Shown here: piece after piece, positions 1-8,983 of the stretch
Numbering within the stretch: position 1 is the first letter of the stretch
Layout: each line of letters opens with the position of its first letter
Source: Candidatus Iainarchaeum sp.
GTDB taxonomy: Archaea > Iainarchaeota > Iainarchaeia > Iainarchaeales > JAGVWC01
Reading direction: 5' to 3'
NCBI GenBank assembly: GCA_018304465.1
Contig: JAGVWC010000012.1
Location: forward strand, 64,001-128,000
Length of the DNA: 64,000 nt
Translations under genes and position numbers: made by a program
Notes under the pieces: generated by a model
Database searches by the model: none
Seen by the model: only the letters and a program-made list of their open reading frames with translations
Told to the model about the DNA's origin: nothing

Positions 1-81
1 CGCTTTGCTATCCGTGATATGGGTCAAACCGTTGCGGCTGGCATTGTTTTGAGCGTCACGCCAAGAGAAGCCAAGAAGTAA
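1..81 (+). CDS. tuf: Elongation factor 1-alpha, C-terminal fragment (runs off window start)
   Basis: Frame 1 reads RFAIRDMGQTVAAGIVLSVTPREAKK*, the conserved EF-1a C-terminus; followed by uS10 as in the archaeal str cluster. Confidence 0.95.
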   Translation, partial: RFAIRDMGQTVAAGIVLSVTPREAKK

Positions 82-148
82 TTTTCTTCTCCTTCTCTTT
101 TTTAATCTTTTTTCCAAACACTTAGTATAGAATTCATTGTGATATTTT

Positions 149-460
149 ATGGCTGAAAGAGCACGAATCAAACTTAGTTCGCCTTCCTACGATCAGGTTT
201 CGGATATTGCCGCGAAAATTATCGACATCGCGGAAAAAGCCGGTACCAAGCATTCGGGAGCGATTCCGTTGCCAACCAAAAAACTGACGGTTCCGACCCG
301 AAAAGCCCCGTGCGGTGGCGGAACGGAAACCTACGAAAAATGGCAAATGCGAATCCACAAACGCATTATTGATATTGCTCCGGATGTCCGGACATTGCAT
401 CGCGTGATGCGAATCGACATTCCCGAAAACGTCCGAATGGAAATCGATTTGAAATCGTAA
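149..460 (+). CDS. rpsJ: 30S ribosomal protein uS10
   Basis: ARIKL..., IPLPTKKL, RKAPCGGG..YEKWQMRIHKRIID motifs. Confidence 0.97.
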   Translation: MAERARIKLSSPSYDQVSDIAAKIIDIAEKAGTKHSGAIPLPTKKLTVPTRKAPCGGGTETYEKWQMRIHKRIIDIAPDVRTLHRVMRIDIPENVRMEIDLKS

Positions 461-494
461 AACTATTTTTTTCAATCTTTTTTTCAACAAGCAT

Positions 495-2015
495 TTATCC
501 GATTCTGATTTTTCCCATGGCGATCAGGGCCGCCAGTGCAAGGATGAGTAGGATCACCAGCAAAACCAAAAGAATCGGTAACAGCGATTTGGACAGTTTT
601 GAAACCGTGCGCGGCACCGTGACGTACGCGGGCGGGTTTTGTTTTTCGCGATCCATTTTGATTTTTTGTTCGACTTCCCACAGACTTAATCCTCGCGGTT
701 TGATTTTGGCAAGGTTTGACAACGACAAGCGGTCGGTTGCGTTTTCGGTTTTTGGTCGTTTGGCGCTGTACTTCGAAACAAGCGCAGTATCCGTCGCCGA
801 CAACAATGTTTCATCCGGCAAAACGTCCATGAAGCTTTGCGGCGGAAAAAAAACGGTTTTTACCGGCGAAAGCAGTTCTCCTTTCGGGTTTAGCGCGGAA
901 ACGAATCCGGTTCCGACCGCCAAAGTTTTGAGTTCGTCGGAAAGCGCGTAAAAATCGCTTTTGGGAAACGCGCCCGCAATGGCTTTGAGGTCTTTTACGT
1001 CGTCGGCGGCAAACACGCGCATCGCGAACTGGATTTTGGTTCCAAGCAACCCCAGTATTTTGTCGTCGATATCGTTTGGGTTTTGGGTGACGAACACGAC
1101 TCCGATTCCTTTGGATCGGATTTGTCGCAAAATCGTGACCAGGAGTTGCACAAGCGAAGGATTCGCGTTTTCGAAGAGGTAATGCGCTTCGTCAATGAAA
1201 AAAACGGCTTTTGGTTTTTGAGTGTCACCGATGTCGTGCAGTTCATTGAATAATTTGTAGAGCACAAACGACATGACAATGGACAGCATGTCCGCGTGTT
1301 TTCGAACGTCGGACAAGTTGAGAACGTTAATGGTCGCGGGGCGCAAAAGATCCGCGGTTTCAAGAGCGGGTTCTCCGAACAACGAATCGATTCCTTCGTT
1401 TAGCAACACGCTTATTTTTCGAAGGATCACGTCGATGCTTTGGGGACTGATGCCGCTGGATTCGCGGGGGTTTTCCTTTAGGAATTCGGAGACTTCCAAA
1501 AGATCCGAAAAATCGTTGATGATGATTTGTTTTTCTTTGGCGAAAATAAAAATCATGGACAAGTGGCTTTCCTGCGTGGGGTTGAGTTGAAGCAGTTTGG
1601 ATATCAGCACGGGCGAAACATCGGACAGGTTTAGTCGCAGGGGAATAAACCGGTTGGAGAGGCTCCAGTAGTTGGTAGAAAAGGTTTTGGGAGAAAAATC
1701 GATCTTGAGTTGTTCGCTTCGTTCCCTGACTTTTTCAGCGTCATTGGGCGCTGCAAAACCGGATACGTCGCCTTTGACGTCGCTTAGGAAAACGGATACT
1801 CCTTGGCTTGCCAGCACTTCGGCCATCAATTGCAATGCCCGGGATTTTCCGGTGCCGGTGCTTCCGGCAATCAATCCGTGTTTATTCAGCGACGAAAGCG
1901 GCAAGATTACGGAGACGTCGGTTTCAACGGATTGGAATTGGGGCCGACCGAGCGCGATGCCGGGAACTTTGGAGAAACCGTAGTTTTTGTTGAAAAAGTC
2001 CAAAAATTCCGTCAT
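495..2015 (-). CDS. HerA/FtsK-superfamily ATPase (DUF853/YjgR-like) with C-terminal TM helix
   Basis: NKHGLIAGSTGTGKS Walker A, DVKGDVSG, FFIDEAH Walker B, QIRSKGIGVVFVTQNP; hydrophobic C-terminus. Confidence 0.85.
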   Translation of the reverse strand: MTEFLDFFNKNYGFSKVPGIALGRPQFQSVETDVSVILPLSSLNKHGLIAGSTGTGKSRALQLMAEVLASQGVSVFLSDVKGDVSGFAAPNDAEKVRERSEQLKIDFSPKTFSTNYWSLSNRFIPLRLNLSDVSPVLISKLLQLNPTQESHLSMIFIFAKEKQIIINDFSDLLEVSEFLKENPRESSGISPQSIDVILRKISVLLNEGIDSLFGEPALETADLLRPATINVLNLSDVRKHADMLSIVMSFVLYKLFNELHDIGDTQKPKAVFFIDEAHYLFENANPSLVQLLVTILRQIRSKGIGVVFVTQNPNDIDDKILGLLGTKIQFAMRVFAADDVKDLKAIAGAFPKSDFYALSDELKTLAVGTGFVSALNPKGELLSPVKTVFFPPQSFMDVLPDETLLSATDTALVSKYSAKRPKTENATDRLSLSNLAKIKPRGLSLWEVEQKIKMDREKQNPPAYVTVPRTVSKLSKSLLPILLVLLVILLILALAALIAMGKIRIG

Positions 2016-2075
2016 AATAGTTAGAGGAATACGGAACTAAAAAAACCTTTGGTTAGAAAAAAAAGTTTTTTTCGA

Positions 2076-3122
2076 TCACTGGTTTTGGTATTTTTCCAGT
2101 TCGGGGTGGAGAACGGCGTATTCGACTCCGGCGGCCAGGAATAGTTTTTCGCTGTCGGCGCCGCCGTGGTATTTTTTTTCGCAGACGACGCGTTTGAGGC
2201 CCGCGGAAATCAACAGCATGGCACAGGTATAACACGGCGTCATTTTGCAATACACGGTCGCGCCGCTTAATGAAATCCCGAGTTTTGCGGCTTGCATGAG
2301 CGCGTTTTGTTCGGCGTGCAGGGTTCGAACGCAGTGCTGGTGGATTTCCCCATTTTCATACACGACTTTTTTCAACAGGTGACCGACTTCGTCACAGTGG
2401 GGTTGTCCCGGCGGTGACCCGACGTATCCGGTGGTTAGGATTTGTTTGTCGCGCACGATAACGCATCCGCTGCGTCCGCGGTCGCACGTGGCGCGTTTGG
2501 CGACTACCCGGCTCATTTCAATGAAATAATCGTCCCAGGCAGGGCGTTTGTAAACAAAGTGCAGTTTGTCGAGAAACCCGTCGATTTTTTGCCGTAATTC
2601 GTCTAGTCCGCCATTGTTTTCAATAACGATATCGGACATTTCCCGGACTTTTAGGAGTTGTTGTCCGGCGGAATCCTTGTTGTCGAGTTCTTTTTCTTGT
2701 TCGACTTGGAATTCATTGAATGTTTTCGGGGTTTTGCCCCAGCCGACAGAACCGATTTTGTCGCGTGCCAATAATCGTTCGAAGCGGATTTTGGGGTCGG
2801 CTTCCAAAAACACCAAGAAAAATTGGGGGTGTTTTTTGAGTTCCCGGACTTCTTCGGGGTTTCGGATCGACACAAACGAATAGTTTTTGGTCGGGTCCAC
2901 GGAAGCAAGCAATCGTTTGGCCAGTATTCCCGGCCCGTAGGTTTTTCGCAGGTCGTTTCCCATTTTGATGATGGCATCGCGGTCTGAAATCGGAATGTTT
3001 CGGATGCGCATTTCTTTTCGGATTTCGTCCGAAAGCGAGCGTCGGACGAATCCTTTGTCTTCAAGGATTTCGGCGACGGTGTCTTTTCCAGAGCAATTTA
3101 AACCGGTAATTCCAATAAACAT
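2076..3122 (-). CDS. P-loop NMP/dephospho-CoA kinase-like domain fused to dCMP deaminase
   Basis: N-terminal IGITGLNCSGKD P-loop; C-terminal RPAWDDYF, HAEQNA and PCYTC zinc deaminase motifs. Confidence 0.85.
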   Translation of the reverse strand: MFIGITGLNCSGKDTVAEILEDKGFVRRSLSDEIRKEMRIRNIPISDRDAIIKMGNDLRKTYGPGILAKRLLASVDPTKNYSFVSIRNPEEVRELKKHPQFFLVFLEADPKIRFERLLARDKIGSVGWGKTPKTFNEFQVEQEKELDNKDSAGQQLLKVREMSDIVIENNGGLDELRQKIDGFLDKLHFVYKRPAWDDYFIEMSRVVAKRATCDRGRSGCVIVRDKQILTTGYVGSPPGQPHCDEVGHLLKKVVYENGEIHQHCVRTLHAEQNALMQAAKLGISLSGATVYCKMTPCYTCAMLLISAGLKRVVCEKKYHGGADSEKLFLAAGVEYAVLHPELEKYQNQ

Positions 3123-3202
3123 GTGTTTTCCCGCACTTGTTTACAAACTGGCGAAAACTCCTTAAAAATGCTTTCTCGCATTGAGTTTCAAGGGAATACC
3201 TC

Positions 3203-3634
3203 ATGGCCACCCATAAAGAGCTTGATTTCATTGCGGGCGAAGCCGCTTTCGAGGCCACGGGATCGAATTTGTCGGATTTGTTTTTGCATTGCGCCGAAGC
3301 GTTGTTTCATCAAATGGCGGAAGTAAAACAATTACGCGGAACAAAAAAAATCGTGATCTCGATTTCGGGTGAAAACCCCGAACTACTGCTACATAAATTT
3401 CTTTCGGAGATCGTTTTCTTGAAAGATTTCCAGCGGGTTTTGTTCAAGAAAGCCGCGGTAAATGTTTGGAAACTCAAGGGAAAAATAGGGGTAAACGCGA
3501 CCTTGTCGGGGCAATCCATCGAAGAAATAAACAGCGAGTTCGTTCGAAGCGACGTGAAAGCCGTGACGTTTCATAATTTAAAAATCATCACGGAAGAGAA
3601 ACGATTAAAAGCAACGGTCGTGTTGGATATTTGA
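3203..3634 (+). CDS. Archease (RtcB cofactor)
   Basis: C-terminal DVKAVTFH...ATVVLDI signature; adjacent to rtcB. Confidence 0.9.
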   Translation: MATHKELDFIAGEAAFEATGSNLSDLFLHCAEALFHQMAEVKQLRGTKKIVISISGENPELLLHKFLSEIVFLKDFQRVLFKKAAVNVWKLKGKIGVNATLSGQSIEEINSEFVRSDVKAVTFHNLKIITEEKRLKATVVLDI

Positions 3635-3643
3635 GGTGAAACG

Positions 3644-3874
3644 ATGGGAATATTGCGAAGAATGGGAAAAAAATTGGGAATCGTTCGCGGATTGAAAACA
3701 GGACCGAATCCGAAAAAACCGGTTCCGTGGGAAGCGTTGTCGAAAACAGGCACGAAACCGAAGCCTTTGCGCACGGAATTGCTCCGGCAAGTACGCGCTC
3801 GCCAAACGGAATTAAGAAAAGCAGAGGAACAAGCGCGACAAAATAAAAAACGCGGTGGACCGGTCCAAAAGTAG
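3644..3874 (+). CDS. Small very basic hypothetical protein
   Basis: GAGGTGA SD before ATG; fills the gap between archease and rtcB; K/R-rich. Confidence 0.65.
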   Translation: MGILRRMGKKLGIVRGLKTGPNPKKPVPWEALSKTGTKPKPLRTELLRQVRARQTELRKAEEQARQNKKRGGPVQK

Positions 3875-3907
3875 CTGGTTTTAAACCATATTTTTTTAGG
3901 TTAATAT

Positions 3908-6853
3908 ATGAAAGAATCGCTTCGTCGAATCGATCGCGTTCGTTTTGAGCTTCCAGCCGCGGGTTCGATGAATGTTCCGGTTCGGTTGTTTGCCAACGAC
4001 CGGATTTTGCCGACGATTGATGACCAAACCTTGCAGCAGGCCAAAAATGTCGCTTCGATGCCGGGAATCGTCGGAAACATGCTGCTGATGGCCGACTGTC
4101 ATCTGGGATACGGAATGCCGGTCGGTGGCGTTGCGGGTTTTGACGTCAACGAAGGCGTGATTTCACCAAGCGCGGTGGGATACGATATCAACTGCCTTCC
4201 CGGAGAAACAAGAATCCTTACACGCTTTGGATATTCGTTACCAATAGCGGCGTTCAAAGAAAAGATTGAAACAGAACAACTAATTTGTTTTTGGGAAAAT
4301 GAAAAAACCAAGACTCCGATCATCCGTTTTTTCGAACGTCCAGAAAAAGAAGTATTATACCAGATTACAACAGAATCGGGGAAACAAATCCGTGCAACAA
4401 AAGATCATCCAATACTGACGAAACAGGGGATGAAGGAATGTGAAAAGCTTGGATTAGAACTCGTTGCAACGTTCTCGTTTGAAGGCATTCCGTTTGAGCC
4501 ACCATCGTCCCGAATAATTATTTCAGAAGAAGACTTCGCTAAGTCGTATCCATATCATGGGAAGGCACTCGAGTACGCATTGCGCTTTCTGAAAAAACAA
4601 AACCTCTTACCTTTAACCGAAGACAACCCTAAATTTCCATTGTTAGTAAAAATAGCGGGTTTTATTCAAGGCGACGGCTCTTTGCATTTTTTAAAAAAAC
4701 ATGGTGCAACGGTTGGGTTTTACGGAGAAAAAGAGGACTTAAAAGAAATTAAGAAAGATTTGAAAGAGATTGGGTTTTCATCGGTATTATATTCGAGGAC
4801 TCGGGTACATAAGATAAAAACAATGTATGATACCTTTTCGTTTGTCAGAGAAGAAACCAGCCTGAATTGTCCTTCAAGGTCTTTTGCGGGATTATTGGCT
4901 GCACTTGGGTGCACGACGGGAAATAAGGCTAAAAAAATCTATGGCTTGCCAAGTTGGCTGCAAACGTGCCCGAAGTGGATGAAAAGGTTATATTTAGCGG
5001 CTCTTTTCGGGGCAGAACTGTCTTCTCCAGACACTGTTACAGATGCGCCGTACAATTTTTACGGTCCTGTTTTATCCATGAACAAAAGGATTGCCGCAAT
5101 GGAAGGAGGAAGAATATTTTTGGAAGAGGTCAAACAGTTACTCAAGGAATTTGGAATTGAAAGTACTTTGATAAACGAGCGAGAAGAGCTAATTAATGAA
5201 AAGGGGGAAATTTCAATCCGATTAAGACTTCAGATTTCCTCTGTTCCAGAGAATTTGGAAAAGTTGTGGGAAAAAATAGGTTTTGAATATAACAAACAGA
5301 AACAATTTTTGGCAGCAGTCGCAACGTCGTATTTGCAGATAAAGCAAAAAATGCTTGCCGAAAGAACACAAAGTATTGCAACAGCTCGAATGTTGAAAAA
5401 TGAGGGATTAACTCTACAGGAAATCACTCAGCGAATTGGTAACCCCTACATTAACGAACGATTTGTTGCGCGAAGCATTTGGGAAAATCGAAAAACAAAC
5501 GTCCGAACCGCTACAAAGTTTGAGACTTTCGATGGTTTTCTCCAAGTTAGAACAGAGGGCTTGGATCAATCGGGGCAGGTGTGGGAAAAAATAATTAAAA
5601 TTGAACAACTTCCGTTTGAAGGAAATGTGTATGATTTTACCGTTGAAAACGAAGCACATAACTTCGTAGCAAATAGCATCACAGTATCAAACTGCGGCAT
5701 GCGTCTGATGACGACGAATTTGTCGATCAAGGACGTGCAACCGAAATTGAAAACCCTGGTTTCCGAGTTGTTCAAATCGGTTCCCGTGGGCGTTGGACGC
5801 AAAGGATTGTTGACGCTTTCCGAGAATGATTTTGACGAAGTGATGGTGCACGGGGCGAAATGGCTGGTGAAAAACGGTTTTGGCTGGAAAAAAGATTTGG
5901 ATGCCATTGAAGAAAACGGCGCGATCAAAGGCGCGGATCCCGCCAAGGTTTCCCAAAAAGCGCGGCAACGCGGAACCGACCAGTTGGGAACGCTGGGAAG
6001 TGGCAATCATTATTTGGAAGTACAGGTGTCGCGTGCAAGGGATGTGGACGACCCCAAGATCGCGAAAAAATTCGGAATCTCTTCTCCGGACCAGGTCATG
6101 GTCATGATTCATTGCGGTTCGCGGGGATTTGGTCATCAGGTGTGTTCGGATTATGCCACGGAATTCGTGTCAACGATGAAAAAATTCGATATTTCGGTGG
6201 CCGACCGCGATTTGGCGTGTGTTCCGTTTCAAAGCGAACCCGGCCAGGATTATTTTGCGGGAATGAATTGCGCGGCAAACAACGCGTTTGCGAATCGGCA
6301 GTTAATCATGCACCGCGTGCGCGAAGTTTTTTCGAAAGTATTCGAGTCTTCCGCAGAGGATCTGGAAATGAATCTGGTGTATGACGTGTGCCATAATATC
6401 GCGAAAGTGGAGCCGTACAAATTCGACGGAAAAACGCGGAAAGTCGTGGTGCATCGCAAAGGCGCGACGCGTTGTTTTGGTCCGGGTCAACCGGGTCTTT
6501 CGGATCGTTTTCAAAAAACGGGTCAGCCCGTCATTGTCGGCGGTTCAATGGAAACGGGTTCGTACGTGTGCGTGGGAACCCAGCAGGCCATGGACGAATC
6601 GTTGGGTTCCACGATGCATGGTTCGGGGCGCACGATGTCGCGGCAAAAAGCCAAAGAATTGTATAGGGGAAACGAATTGTTGGCTTCGATGGAAAGCCGC
6701 GGAATCATCGTGAAAGCGGCGTCCATGCAGGGATTGGCCGAAGAAGCGGGGGCCGCGTACAAAAATATTTCCGATGTCGTGGATACCATGCACGAGGCCG
6801 GGATATCCAAAAAAGTCTGTCGGCTGGCGCCGATCGGAAACATCAAGGGTTGA
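3908..6853 (+). CDS. rtcB: RNA-splicing ligase RtcB with intein
   Basis: DCHLGYGMPVGG, VGYDIN|CG, LGTLGSGNHYLE, HCGSRGFGH, HRKGA, HGSGR motifs; about 481 aa after intein removal. Confidence 0.96.
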   Translation: MKESLRRIDRVRFELPAAGSMNVPVRLFANDRILPTIDDQTLQQAKNVASMPGIVGNMLLMADCHLGYGMPVGGVAGFDVNEGVISPSAVGYDINCLPGETRILTRFGYSLPIAAFKEKIETEQLICFWENEKTKTPIIRFFERPEKEVLYQITTESGKQIRATKDHPILTKQGMKECEKLGLELVATFSFEGIPFEPPSSRIIISEEDFAKSYPYHGKALEYALRFLKKQNLLPLTEDNPKFPLLVKIAGFIQGDGSLHFLKKHGATVGFYGEKEDLKEIKKDLKEIGFSSVLYSRTRVHKIKTMYDTFSFVREETSLNCPSRSFAGLLAALGCTTGNKAKKIYGLPSWLQTCPKWMKRLYLAALFGAELSSPDTVTDAPYNFYGPVLSMNKRIAAMEGGRIFLEEVKQLLKEFGIESTLINEREELINEKGEISIRLRLQISSVPENLEKLWEKIGFEYNKQKQFLAAVATSYLQIKQKMLAERTQSIATARMLKNEGLTLQEITQRIGNPYINERFVARSIWENRKTNVRTATKFETFDGFLQVRTEGLDQSGQVWEKIIKIEQLPFEGNVYDFTVENEAHNFVANSITVSNCGMRLMTTNLSIKDVQPKLKTLVSELFKSVPVGVGRKGLLTLSENDFDEVMVHGAKWLVKNGFGWKKDLDAIEENGAIKGADPAKVSQKARQRGTDQLGTLGSGNHYLEVQVSRARDVDDPKIAKKFGISSPDQVMVMIHCGSRGFGHQVCSDYATEFVSTMKKFDISVADRDLACVPFQSEPGQDYFAGMNCAANNAFANRQLIMHRVREVFSKVFESSAEDLEMNLVYDVCHNIAKVEPYKFDGKTRKVVVHRKGATRCFGPGQPGLSDRFQKTGQPVIVGGSMETGSYVCVGTQQAMDESLGSTMHGSGRTMSRQKAKELYRGNELLASMESRGIIVKAASMQGLAEEAGAAYKNISDVVDTMHEAGISKKVCRLAPIGNIKG
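4193..5692 (+). mobile_element. Intein with LAGLIDADG homing endonuclease (500 aa) in rtcB
   Basis: Starts CLPGET after YDIN; block B ATKDHPI; IAGFIQGDG and LAALFGAEL endonuclease blocks; VYDFTV..HNF block F; ends VSN before extein Cys; visibly AT-richer than the exteins. Confidence 0.95.
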
Positions 6854-7479
6854 TCCAGATACGGAAAAAAACAAAACAAACCCGCAGCAGCGGCTTTTTA
6901 CCCGTCAAAGTTCCGACACCGCCCAAACCGTTTTCGGCGAAAGGGTATGTACTTTCGCATCCCACCCTAACAGGCCGGGTGCTTTCGAATGTCCTGGAGC
7001 GGGCGTATTCGGAAAATACCTTAAATGCCATGCGCACCCGGTTGCGTAAAGACGGATGGCGATTGCCGAGGCTGCAAAAAGACCGGTCGAAAATGCGCAG
7101 GAAAAAAAGCGAATTGGAGGCGTTTGTCCGTGTTCATTATTCGCTTGGAAAAACCGAGACCGCTCGGCTTGCAAGTGAGCGATTTGGCCGGCGAATTCCC
7201 CCGCACACCATTGATTATGTCCAGCAGCAGTTGAAAGCGGAAATGGGACGGGTTCCGTATCGCAAAAGTACCCACACCGGCCATTTTTCAGAACTGGATT
7301 CCAAAACCCGTGAACCGGTCACGAAAAGCGATCAAATCCGAAAAAAAATGGTAAAAGATCCGAGGGTTTCGGATAAGGCGCTTACTGCGCAGTTTAAGGT
7401 TTCGCAAGTGCTCGTGAGCCGGATTCGACGCCAGTTGTTTGGGGCCACGCGCATTCAACCGAAACGGAAAAAGAAGTGA
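6850..7479 (+). CDS. Basic hypothetical protein, probable HTH-like segments
   Basis: TTG start overlaps rtcB stop; SDKALTAQFKVSQVLVSRIRR resembles an HTH. Confidence 0.65.
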   Translation: MIQIRKKTKQTRSSGFLPVKVPTPPKPFSAKGYVLSHPTLTGRVLSNVLERAYSENTLNAMRTRLRKDGWRLPRLQKDRSKMRRKKSELEAFVRVHYSLGKTETARLASERFGRRIPPHTIDYVQQQLKAEMGRVPYRKSTHTGHFSELDSKTREPVTKSDQIRKKMVKDPRVSDKALTAQFKVSQVLVSRIRRQLFGATRIQPKRKKK

Positions 7480-7862
7480 AAAAAATGGCTTCGAATAATA
7501 GGTCAAAACCGCGTGAACCCCGGCGCCGTCGAACCGAACCACGGGGAACCCTGACGCAGTTGATTCGCGCGCATCCGGAAATGGATCCGAATGAAATGGC
7601 CAAAAAACTGGGAAACCCCCGGTTGTCCGCATCAATTTCGGTTCTAAAAGCCCGGTTAAGGAAACGAAAAGAAATCCCGCGACGCGGAACGTTTGTTCGC
7701 ATGGATCCTGCCACCGGCAATCCGGTTCAAAGAAAAGATCAATTGGCAAAATTTTTGCATTTTCATCCGAACGCCACCGGAAAAGAAATCGCGGCGGCGT
7801 TGGGTATCCGGGAAGATTACGCGTTGGTCTTAAGAGGCCGGTTGGCCAAAAAAGTCAGATGA
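7476..7862 (+). CDS. Basic hypothetical protein with two HTH-like repeats
   Basis: HPEMDPNEMAKKLG and HPNATGKEIAAALGI repeats; overlaps upstream stop. Confidence 0.65.
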   Translation: MKKMASNNRSKPREPRRRRTEPRGTLTQLIRAHPEMDPNEMAKKLGNPRLSASISVLKARLRKRKEIPRRGTFVRMDPATGNPVQRKDQLAKFLHFHPNATGKEIAAALGIREDYALVLRGRLAKKVR

Positions 7863-8079
7863 GTTGGTTTCCGGCTTCGTCGAAAATATGAATCACGTTG
7901 ACGGGACATGCGCGTGCGGCATCCAGGTTTTGCTGAAGGTCTTTTTCTTCGAATTCCGTGATTAATTGTGTTGCTTTTCCGTCGTTGTCCATTTTCCAGG
8001 TTTGCGGGGCACCGGCGATGCAGGCGGCGGCTCCGATGCATCCTTCTCGGTCGTATATGATTTTGTATTTTTTGGCCAA
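7855..8079 (-). CDS. Monocluster ferredoxin, probably [3Fe-4S]
   Basis: CIGAAAC...ACPVNVI; AGGTGA SD before TTG at 8079. Confidence 0.88.
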   Translation of the reverse strand: MAKKYKIIYDREGCIGAAACIAGAPQTWKMDNDGKATQLITEFEEKDLQQNLDAARACPVNVIHIFDEAGNQLI

Positions 8080-8141
8080 AAAAATCACCTTGTTACTCGA
8101 AAACAACCCAGGAAGACTATAAAGCTTTGGTTAAACCCGGC

Positions 8142-8208
8142 TTTGCACTTAAAGAGTGCAAAAATTCGGGTTTCGTACTCCCTAAAAGTGCAAAATAGTA
8201 TTCTGCAC
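8142..8208. promoter_or_regulatory. TGCAC/GTGCA inverted-repeat cluster in divergent intergenic region
   Basis: TTTGCACT-N5-AGTGCAAA (8142-8162) and GTGCAAAATA-G-TATTCTGCAC (8188-8208). Confidence 0.45.
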
Positions 8209-8262
8209 ATAAAAGATTCATCAACCAAAGTTATTTATTTAGACAGTGGATTGTATTTGCAG

Positions 8263-8643
8263 GTGAGGAAAATACCTGCAAAAAAACCTGTTGAGCGAAG
8301 AATGGGTGAACGTCGAAAAACCAATGCATATTTTGCATCGTTTGGACCCCATAAATTATACGCACGCCGCGAGGGCGAGTTGATAAAACAATTAACTACC
8401 AATACGCGTACTCCTGAAATTCGAAGAAATGTGACGCGCAATAGACGGATGGATCCTGAAGACCGGCGAAAAAATCAAGTTGGAAGCCTGTATAATGCAC
8501 GGGGCGGCAAAATGATGGTGGTATCCGAAAAACAATTTGCGGCATTTGAAAAACCTAAACCCGAAAAGTTAGGGCTCCCAGCCATGGGGGCGCATACGGT
8601 TTATGATCGGCGAAAGGCCAAGCGCCGTGCAACTGACAAATGA
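8263..8643 (+). CDS. Basic hypothetical protein with ERR/DRR repeats (start uncertain)
   Basis: 3' part of ORF 7966-8643; ERRMGERRK, NRRMDPEDRRK, DRRKAKRRATD. Confidence 0.55.
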   Translation: MRKIPAKKPVERRMGERRKTNAYFASFGPHKLYARREGELIKQLTTNTRTPEIRRNVTRNRRMDPEDRRKNQVGSLYNARGGKMMVVSEKQFAAFEKPKPEKLGLPAMGAHTVYDRRKAKRRATDK

Positions 8644-8660
8644 TTTGCCTATTGCCAGTT

Positions 8661-8830
8661 TTAGCGGAGTATAGCGGCGGTGATTTCTTTCGGCTGTCGC
8701 CAAATTAATTCTGAAGCCACACCCATTTTTCTTGCTGTGTGGATTAAACAGCAGATAGTATGCACGATCGTTTTTGCAAGAATCTCGTTTTGCATTGCCA
8801 CAAAGTTCTTACTCCACACGTTGCTTTCGC
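8661..8830 (-). pseudogene. Probable DDE transposase C-terminal remnant
   Basis: VWSKNFVAMQNEILAKTIVHTICCLIH resembles the C-terminus of IS4/IS5-like transposases (SK...Q.NE.L.K...HN.CCLI); no N-terminal part present. Confidence 0.5.
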
Positions 8831-8983
8831 GTGCCTTGCCAGTCGGTTGGATTTGGATGGAATGACCCAAAGAGGGGGTTGCAGGCGTTCTCCCATACGA
8901 AAGAACCCTTAATTAACCAATTAACGGGGTTTAGTAATATTTTTAAAGGTGTTCTGTTCCTAATTGTATAACTTAGTGATTGA

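Noticed and set aside
495-2015. HerA-type ATPase as part of a defence or conjugation system
   Set aside because: No nuclease, SIR2 or T4SS partner is adjacent; consistent with a stand-alone DUF853
7966-8262. N-terminal part of the 225-aa ORF
   Set aside because: Overlaps the ferredoxin antisense and the divergent promoter region; the true start is probably 8263-8302
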